DNA of 64,000 nt from positions 10,752,088 through 10,816,087 of the forward strand of contig CM082590.2 in assembly GCA_040954595.2 (NCBI GenBank). Direction: 5' to 3'. The notes under the pieces are model-generated. The model was not told the origin of the DNA, did no database searches, and was given only the letters and a program-made list of their open reading frames with translations. The stretch is from Balanoglossus misakiensis (taxonomy: Eukaryota; Animalia; Hemichordata). Positions 56,825-64,000 of the stretch are shown piece by piece. The position numbers and the translations under genes were made by a program. Each line of letters opens with the position of its first letter. Position 1 is the stretch's first letter.

Positions 56825-58711
56825 CTCCTTTCATCTGGCGCCGACTTTTCACTTTGTTCAACAAATCGATTGACAAATTTATATCTGTAGCTTTCAAGGG
56901 TTTACAAACTTGTTATAATTAACACACACAAACAGAGACAGACACACTCATTCTCAGAAATAAGCACAATGAAAGATAACGGATACCAGTTTAAGTACTT
57001 TAATTTCTTCAGTAAAGCTGCTCGCCACATATCTTGAAAATTATGTTCGCAAGAAGTAGGTTTTACATCTGTTTTGCTGTTGCAATCCATAATTTGCCGA
57101 AAAACTCTATACTGTCGTAGTAATAAGCCTTGCCAACGACTTCCCCGCACTGCAAGGCGAAACTCACTGTCTCACCTGTTGTCAAATTATGACGAGCGCC
57201 CTCTTGTAACAGTAATATCAAAATTACGTTGTTTCACATCGAAGGTACATTTAACCAATTCTCGCTTTTCATCAGTGAAACTGCCCACAAATGTTGAATA
57301 ATTATGTTGGCGAGGAATAGGTTGAGCATCATCTTGTCAATGTAACGCTTTATTAAATTGAAAATCCACTTGTGTTTTACAGGATTTGAACCTAGACCTA
57401 CTGACCACTCACAAGGCAAAGTCTTATATGCACGAAACCAACTTGGCCAAATGTACACCGGCCCTTTGAATTCGGAATGCTATCTGCAAAGTCTTTTTTA
57501 AAATGACAACTGTGTGACCTATGTACCAGGCAGACATTTTTAGAATTTGGGGATTTACAAATTTTCTGAAAATAAAATAAATGAAAGCCAAAGCACCAAG
57601 TTTTTCTTTGAAATCAGTGTGGTGTGTTTTTATTTTTGTCAACTAAACTACAAAATAATTGAAATTGGTGCAATATTCTACTTAAAACAACAACAAAGCA
57701 CACATATGTATACCAAATAATGGATTGGAAACAAACCTGCAAAATATGAAACTGTTTAGAAGAAATGCGATGCTTTGTGAAATAAAAGACAAATGCATAA
57801 AAAAATGTTACTGAATGCAACTGAAAAACAATGATTCTTTGAAGAATTTATTTGATCATTGGAGCAAAATAATAGCAAAAGAGGTAGTTTGTAAACACCA
57901 ACTTTAAAATAACATCACTGGCTCTTGTAGTATGAAAATATATGGTCGATTGTTTTCAAAACTTGATATAACTACAGCCTTATACAGAATAAATAATGTC
58001 TGAGGAGACAATCTTTTTTTTAAATGATGGTTTGAATGATTCTTGAAGAAAATGCTGACCAGCTGCGATTATTTCTTTATTTACACAAAAACAAACAAGA
58101 ATAAAAACAGAGAGCTAGATTAAGCACACAAATACAAGTAGTGGGCACCTCGGCCAGATATTCGAGAAAAAAAACAACAGTCCTCAAAACATTTTAAGTC
58201 TTTCCTATATTAAGTAATTGAGGAGCCTTTTTGAAAGCAAAGAAGAAACCTGTGTTCACAGTCTTGCTTTCATAAAAGTTAAATCACTTGATTTTTTCTC
58301 CATGGAATAAAATCAGACATGACAGCCATTTTGAATTTCAAATTTCAGACAAATTTGCACAGTCACCCAAATTTTTATTCTAAATTTTATTGACAATAAT
58401 CTTAATATACCTTGAACAAAAAAGGAGAAACAGTTTAAGGATTTAATTTCCAGGGACAACAGGTAGCTCAAATTTATGAAAAAGTACATTTTTACACAAA
58501 CTATTCCCTTTTCCAGGATGTGAGATGCATATGACCTTTTAGGTGTCTAAACACATCTATAAGTAAGATTACTGATTTAAGAAATTTAAGAAAAACTCAT
58601 CAAATTAAAATTTCAGAACCAAAAGAGTAGGTAACGACTGCCATGCTTATTATTTTGTGACACAAATCTGCCAATACAGATATACTTGGCACCCATGTTG
58701 ACAACAGTGCT
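56825..58711 (-). repeat. Right non-satellite arm of the inverted repeat
   Basis: Reverse complement of 495-2130. It lacks left 1266-1618 and carries an extra 57742-58319. Confidence 0.93.
57380..57449 (-). promoter_or_regulatory. Degenerate Pol III A/B-box pair, right arm copy
   Basis: On the minus strand: TGGCCAAGTTGG (57449-57438; closer to the A-box consensus than the left copy) and GGTTCAAATCC (57392-57382). Confidence 0.3.
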
Positions 58712-58919
58712 TGAAATTGGTGCAAAATTCTACTTATAAAAAAAACACAAAAAAGCAGACATATGTATACCAAATAATGGATTGGAAACAAACCTGCAAA
58801 ATATGAAACTGTTTAGAAGAAATGCACTGCTTTGTGAAATAAAAGACAAACGCATACAAAAAATATTACTGAATGCAACTGAAAAACAATGAATCCTTAA
58901 ATACAAGCAGTAGGCACCT
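58711..58919 (+). repeat. Diverged, internally deleted direct duplicate of right-arm sequence
   Basis: 58711-58898 matches 57659-57838 (TTGAAATTGGTGCAA...GAAAAACAATGA). 58899-58919 matches 58130-58150 (AAATACAAG.AGT.GGCACCT). Confidence 0.85.
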
Positions 58920-58924
58920 AAGCC

Positions 58925-59328
58925 TTAGTCGTAGTCGTACTGGTGGTGGTGTTGGTGGTAGGGGGCTATTTCCAAAATTGGAAGATTTTGTGGTGGTGCT
59001 GATGACAGTGGTGGTGGTCGTGTTGGTAATGGTGCTGGTGACGCATCAGCATCTTCATCACCATCACCATCACGATCGCCATCACCATCATCAGCACCAC
59101 CATAAGCACCCCCACCACCATCACCAACAGCATCCCCATCGTCGCCGTCGTCGCCTTCGGGTTCAGGTTCCGGTTCCGGTTCCTCCGGTTCCGGTTCGGG
59201 TTCCGGTTCGGCGTCGCCGTCGTCGTCGTCACCACCACCGCCACCGCCACTGCCATCATCTTCATCATCATCTTCATCGTCGTAGTCGTCATTGTCATCA
59301 TCATCGTCGTCATCCCCTTTTCCCCCGG
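58925..59328 (-). CDS. Putative terminal exon (copy 1): Asp/Gly-rich, (EP)n, Pro-rich, His/Tyr tail
   Basis: Acceptor T-run-ATTTACAG ends at 59329. Phase-1 entry gives 134 codons including TAA (AGGKGDDDDDNDDYDDED...EPEPEPEPEE...DADASPAPLPTRPPPLSSAPPQNLPILEIAPYHQHHHQYDYD*). Functional status unknown. Confidence 0.5.
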
Positions 59329-59816
59329 CTGTAAATAAAAAAAAAAATTATAGTAGACCCAGTAACTGCCATTTTACCTTTAAGTGATAATATACCAACA
59401 ATCTTTGTGGGGATTGTAATACCCATGTGCACATACCACAATAATTTGTATTCCTTCAACAGGTAGTTGTATAAATTGTTGCAACACTTGTTCTACAAAC
59501 AGAGTTTGACATTTTTGTGTATACCATCCACTTAATTAGCACATTTCAATGGGCCATTCAAGTGGAAAGTAATTTCATGAGAATAATTCAAAAATGGTGC
59601 CTATTTAATGTGATCTAGAAACATAAACGGTATGTATTGTAATGAAAAAAAGTGATCAAGTCCCATATAAATTTATCCATTTTCCCAATCTAGTTTTGTG
59701 GAAAAGGACTTGCCAGATTTGCTATACATTAATTTCAGGGTGTTCCATCTATCAATCCAGATCAAACCATGGTATATATACTTGTACCAAATGTGAACTA
59801 AAAACGGGAAACTTAC

Positions 59817-59909
59817 CTGTTGGAGCGACGGCCTTGGGTATGAGCTGCCGCAGCTCTCTGACCGTGTAGTCGTAGCTGTTTCTGCTGGGCAGCTCAATGA
59901 TGTTATGAT
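59817..59909 (-). CDS. Putative 93-bp symmetric phase-1 exon (copy 1), NRF1/Ewg-like ELP...T.xELR.xIP segment
   Basis: Acceptor ...GTTGACTTTAG and donor CAG|GTAAGT; GC-richer than its flanks. Reads HNIIELPSRNSYDYTVRELRQLIPKAVAPT. Confidence 0.55.
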
Positions 59910-60623
59910 CTAAAGTCAACAATATAAAAGTAGTTATTATTCTTTTGGGCAAATAATCAGTAAGCAAAGAACCATTCAATCATATTACAGGAAAACCATC
60001 GCATTTAAACAAAATCCAAGCATATATCTTCAGAAGAACATTTCAATACAAGTACATACAAAAACACAATAAAGTTAGCATTCAGAGAGACAGACAAAAA
60101 ACAACTAAGAAATATCTGTAATGTCACACTGCAGATACCTTAAAATGGGCAAAACTAACTCACTTTATTTTCCCCAAGGCCGCTTTTCTGAAGGTGGTGC
60201 TGATGACAGTGGTGGTGGTGGTGTTGGTAATCATCATCATCACGGCTGTAAATAAAATGATTAACAAAATCGCCCATATAGTCACTCACCAATACAAATT
60301 TGACACTCATGGGGGCCAGTCGTAGTCAAAGTCGTAGGGATGCTGCTGGTGGTGGTGGTAGGCGGCTACTTCCAAAATTGGAAGATTTTGTGGTGGTGCT
60401 GATGACAGTGGTGGTGGTCGTGTTGGTAATGGTGCTGGTGATGCATCAGCATCACCATCACCATAAGCACCCCCATCACTGTCATCGTCATCGTCATCTT
60501 AGAAATAGAGATATTTGAAGAGCTGTGTGACATCAATAATGTTGCAATCCATTTAAAAAACAACAACAATGAAATGATTAACAAAATCGCCCATATAGTC
60601 ACTCACCAATACAAATTTGACCC

Positions 60624-61093
60624 TCATGGGGGCCAGTCGTAGTCGTAGTGGGGATGCTGGTGGTGGTAGGGGGCTACTTCCAAAATTGGAAGATTTTGTG
60701 GTGGTGCTGATGACAGCGGTGGTGGTCGTGTTGGTAATGGTGCTAATGATGCATCAGCATCAGCATCTTCATCACCATCACCATCACGATCGCCATCACC
60801 ATCACCATCATCAGCACCACCATAAGCACCCCCATCACCATCACCATCAGCATCCCCATCGTGCTTGTATTCTCGTTGTAATAGTAATCGTCGTTGTAAT
60901 TGTTGCGTCATGGTTGTCAGCATCCCCATCAGCATCCCAATCATCCCCATGGTCGCCATCATCATCATCGTCACCATCATGGTCACCATCATTATCACCA
61001 TCTTCGTCATCATCTTCATCTTCGTCATCATCATCATCATAATCTTCGTCGTCGTCGTCTTCGTAGTCTTCTTCTTCTTCTTCTTCCCCCCGG
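60624..61093 (-). CDS. Putative terminal exon (copy 2), low-complexity
   Basis: Same acceptor (TTTACAG ending at 61094). Open from phase-1 entry to TGA at 60626-60624; C-terminus ...PPQNLPILEVAPYHHQHPHYDYDWPP*. A GTGAGT donor lies 17 nt after the stop. Confidence 0.4.
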
Positions 61094-61570
61094 CTGTAAA
61101 TAAAAAAAAAAATTATAGTAGCCCCAATAATTGCCATTTTACATAATATACCACAATCTTTGTGGGGCATGTAATACCCATGTGCACATACCACAATAAT
61201 TTGTATTCCTTCAACAGGTAGTTGTATAAATTGTTGCAACACTTGTTCTACAAACAGAGTTTGACATTTTTGTGTATACCATCCACTTAATTAGCACATT
61301 TCAATGGGCCATTCAAGTGAAAAGTAATGTCATGAGAATAATTAAAAAATGGTGCCTATTTAATGTGATCTAGAAACATAAACAGTATGTATTGTAATGA
61401 AAAAAGTGATCAAGTCCCATATAAATTTATCCATTTTCCCAATCTAGTTTTGTGGAAAAGGACTTGCCAGATTTGCTATACATTAATTTCAGGGTGTTCC
61501 ATCTATCAATCCAGATCAAACCATGGTATATATACTTGTACCAAATGTGAACTAAAAACGGGAAACTTAC

Positions 61571-61663
61571 CTGTTAGACCAACGGCCTTGGGTATGAGCT
61601 GCCGCAGCTCTCTGACTGTGTAGTCGTAGCTGTTTCTGCTGGGCAGCTCAATGATGTTATGAT
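61571..61663 (-). CDS. Putative 93-bp symmetric phase-1 exon (copy 2)
   Basis: Intact AG and GTAAGT; reads HNIIELPSRNSYDYTVRELRQLIPKAVGLT. Confidence 0.55.
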
Positions 61664-61917
61664 CTAAAGTCAACAATATAAAAATAGTTATTATTCTTTT
61701 GGGCAAATAATCAGTAAGCAAAGAACCATTCAATCATATTACAGGAAAACCATCGCATTTAAACAAAATCCTAGCATATATCTTCAGAAGAACATTTCAA
61801 TACAAGTACATACAAAAACACAATAAAGTTAGCATTCAGAGAGACAGACAAAAAACAACTTAGAAATATCTGTAATGTCACACTGCAGTTACCTTAAAAT
61901 GGGCAAAACTAACTAAC

Positions 61918-62039
61918 TTTTTTTTCCCCAAGGCAGTTTTTCTGAAGGCCTTCATCACATTAATGTTGGTTGCAAAGGCCTTCATATGCCGGCATCTGCA
62001 ATTGACAGAATAATCCGTCTTGAAATCTGCCTCGATTTC
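61918..62039 (-). pseudogene. 5'-truncated upstream exon fragment
   Basis: Open frame EIEADFKTDYSVNCRCRHMKAFATNINVMKAFRKTALGKK, then GTTAGT (GTGAGT in the shorter copy at 60163-60158). It ends in phase 2, so it does not splice directly in frame to the 93-bp exon. Confidence 0.3.
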
Positions 62040-62345
62040 ATGGGGGGGGGGGGGGGGGGGGGTAGTCGCAGGGATACTGGTGGTGGTGGTGGTGGTAGGG
62101 GGCTACTACCAAAATTGGAAGATTTTGTGGTGGTGCTGATGACAGTGGTGGTGGTCGTGTTGGTAATGGTGCTGGTGATGCATCAGCATCACCATCACCA
62201 TCATGATCGCCATCACCATCATCAGCACCACCATAAGCACCCCCACCACCATCACCATCAGCATCCCCATGGTAGTCACCGTCGTTGCAAGTCGTCGTCA
62301 CTGTCGCCTTCGCCGTCGCCGTTGTCGTCGTCTTCTTCCCCCCGG
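62038..62345 (-). CDS. Putative terminal exon (copy 3), low-complexity, ending in a poly-C/Pro run
   Basis: Acceptor TTTACAG ends at 62346. Open from phase-1 entry to TGA at 62040-62038. Confidence 0.4.
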
Positions 62346-62965
62346 CTGTAAATAAAAAAAAAAATTATAGTAGCCCCAATAACTGCCATTTTACCTTTAA
62401 GTGATAATGTACCACAATCTTTGTGGGGATTGTAATACCCATGTGCACATACCACAATAATTTGTATTCCTTCAACAGGTAGTTGTATAAATTGTTGCAA
62501 CACTTGTTCTACAGAGTTTGACATTTTTGTGTATACCATCCACTTAATTAGCACATTTCAATGGGCCATTCAAGTGGAAAGTAATTTCATGAGAATAATT
62601 CAAAAATGGTGCCTATTTAATGTGATCTAGAAACATAAACAGTGTGCACTGTAATGAAAATAAGTGATCAAGTCCCATATAAATTTATCCATTTTCCCAA
62701 TCTAGTTTTGTGGAAAAGGACTTGCCAGATTTGCTATACATTAATTTCAGGGTATTGCACTCAATTTATGATGTATGAAATTACCCCATGCAATATTCCA
62801 AATGATAACAAAACCTTAGATAAATTTCAAAGAATGAATCATATGTAAAATAATGCAATAAACATGCGAAATATATGAATGTGCCCATCATAATGAAGGT
62901 TGCCAACCCCTTAGAATGATAGTCTACAGCCTACACATTGATCACCTGATTGCCCTGTCACAACT

Positions 62966-63093
62966 TGGCCAAGGGCTAAGGCCGCGATCTCGGGACACCC
63001 AGTTCAAATTTCTGGCCGTTTATCAGAATTTTAGGCGTCTGACCCTTTCCCTTTAGTGTAGCGCAGCCAGCGGTGGGATTGGGGCAGGGGACC
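62966..63093 (+). mobile_element. Degenerate tRNA-derived SINE-like fragment in a putative intron
   Basis: A-box-like TGGCCAAGGGCTAAGGC at 62966 and B-box-like AGTTCAAATTT at 63001, within a GC-rich island in AT-rich context. Confidence 0.35.
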
Positions 63094-63781
63094 ATTCAGT
63101 ACTTTTATTGTTGCTTTGCAACTCATCAAAATACGGAAACATCTTTCAAATATGATGCGATATCAACCAAACTTCGTGTAATAACCTCTAAATATTCTCA
63201 AGCATAAAGTCTCCATTTTAAAATTATAGCTGGAAACTTACATTTTATATCGGTTTGGACATTTTCTGATAAATGCACACATGATGGTCGCCATGTCCCT
63301 CTTCGATAGGTTGTGGTGACCTGATACATGATTGAGAAAGAATGACATAATTAACAATATTAAAAGCAATAACATGTTTCTGACATTTGTCCAGGAAGGT
63401 TTTCATGATGGTTCTCAAATCCCCAATTTGGAGATTTCTTTGACCTGATACATGATTGAGAAAGCATGATATAAATAACAAAAAAATAAAGCAATATCCA
63501 TAGGATAACGAATAACGAATAATAATAAATCAATAAAAAGATTCTTTGTTTATCCATTGGATAAGTTTTTCCCAATGGGACAGTAGATATATCTTCACAA
63601 ATTCGGGACTGCGGCTCGGGCATCATCAATATTATGGTCAGAGATCACCATCCCTCGTGCAGGCCATAGATCATGATATTGCCCTAGCTAACATGTGTTA
63701 TTATTTAACTGTCAATCCCACAAGCATCGATCTACACATCATTGTCTACAGCAGTTAAATACATTTTAAAACAAAACTTAC

Positions 63782-63862
63782 CAGCCGCATTTGGTGACAC
63801 AAAAAGTATCGCGGCTGGCCACCACCCCGGTGCCGGGCCGCTCCAAACAGCTCTGTCATGAG
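63782..63862 (-). CDS. Putative 81-bp symmetric phase-1 exon with W..PxWWP motif, resembling the NRF1/Erect-wing/P3A2 DNA-binding domain
   Basis: Acceptor TTTCTGTTTGTATTATGTAG and donor CTG|GTAAGT; GC-rich. Reads HDRAVWSGPAPGWWPAAILFVSPNAA. Confidence 0.6.
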
Positions 63863-64000
63863 CTACATAATACAAACAGAAATAATTAGCATCATTTCAA
63901 GAAGAACATTAATGTAACAGATCCTTTCCAGTCAAGATTCATTTCCAAGCTGTTTCTGAGATTACCGCCCTCAATTGTTTATAAAGGTACACTTTTTATC

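Larger units (their letters stand above)
495..58711. repeat. Giant fold-back (inverted-repeat) locus: non-satellite arm + satellite | inverted satellite + non-satellite arm
   Basis: AGCACTGTTGTCAACATGGG at 495 is the reverse complement of CCCATGTTGACAACAGTGCT ending at 58711. Inverted homology continues inward, with indels, to the satellite edges (2131 / 56824). The satellite changes strand at ~15870. Confidence 0.92.
58925..62753 (-). repeat. Tandemly amplified gene-fragment unit: three main copies plus two fragments
   Basis: Copies at ~58925-60194, ~60572-62040 and ~62038-62753; fragments at ~60193-60258 and ~60256-60500. All copies except the 60193-60258 fragment share CCAAAATTGGAAGATTTTGTGGTGGTGCTGATGAC. 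The three main copies also share the long segment starting CGGCTGTAAATAAAAA. Offset between copies 1 and 2 is 1754 bp. Confidence 0.92.

Noticed and set aside
2039-56922. Hundreds of ORFs (MGYSSGKCSKIDDFSTLRIFKIWSFFEKT / PWVIAQENVQKSTIFRLCEFSKFGHFLKK repeats)
   Set aside because: The 87-bp monomer is 29 codons and happens to be open in two frames. A-run length changes shift the frame every few units with no sign of frame conservation.
495-58711. Autonomous transposon (Polinton, FB-NOF, Mutator) with TIRs
   Set aside because: No transposase, integrase or polymerase ORF between the arms, and no target-site duplication found at 495/58711.
495-58711. Pure sequencing fold-back (palindromic read) artefact
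   Set aside because: The arms carry reciprocal large indels and substitutions, and the two satellite blocks have different variant spectra. A haplotype misjoin is not excluded.
59436-59492. Additional small exon (TTTGTAG...GTG|GTATGT; NKCCNNLYNYLLKEYKLL or EQVLQQFIQLPVEGIQIIV)
   Set aside because: Plausible splice sites in all three copies, but the phases could not be reconciled with the neighbouring exons; needs RNA data.
6371-61571. Recurring ~1754-bp offset in satellite duplications and between gene copies 1 and 2
   Set aside because: 20 monomers give this length arithmetically. The gene-copy offset includes unrelated fragments, so it is probably coincidence.
58873-62351. Plus-strand His-rich/Val-rich ORFs (e.g. 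58873..59334, 60617..61042, 61986..62351)
   Set aside because: These are antisense shadows of GAT/GGT triplet repeats; the splice signals point to the minus strand.
63317-63496. Imperfect ~55-bp direct repeat (TGACCTGATACATGATTGAGAAAG at 63317 and 63441)
   Set aside because: Two copies only, in a putative intron; an ordinary local duplication.

Overview
AT-rich eukaryotic (probably invertebrate animal) genomic DNA. About 54.7 kb (2131-56824) is one uninterrupted satellite of an 87/88-bp monomer, roughly 620 copies estimated from length. The array flips strand once, at a 14-bp palindrome (15863-15876). Both outer ends terminate in the same variant monomer and continue into the same non-satellite sequence in inverted orientation (495-2130 vs 56825-58711), so the locus is a ~58-kb fold-back. 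The arms have diverged by substitutions and reciprocal deletions. The array shows nested higher-order duplications and layered variants. Right of the fold-back lie tandemly amplified, rearranged pieces of a spliced minus-strand gene. Two of its exons, joined by eye, resemble the NRF1/Erect-wing DNA-binding domain, followed by an acidic/Gly/Pro-rich last exon; this homology is not search-verified. The hundreds of satellite ORFs in the ORF track are by-products of the 87-bp monomer. No CRISPR, rRNA, intact tRNA or transposase gene was seen.
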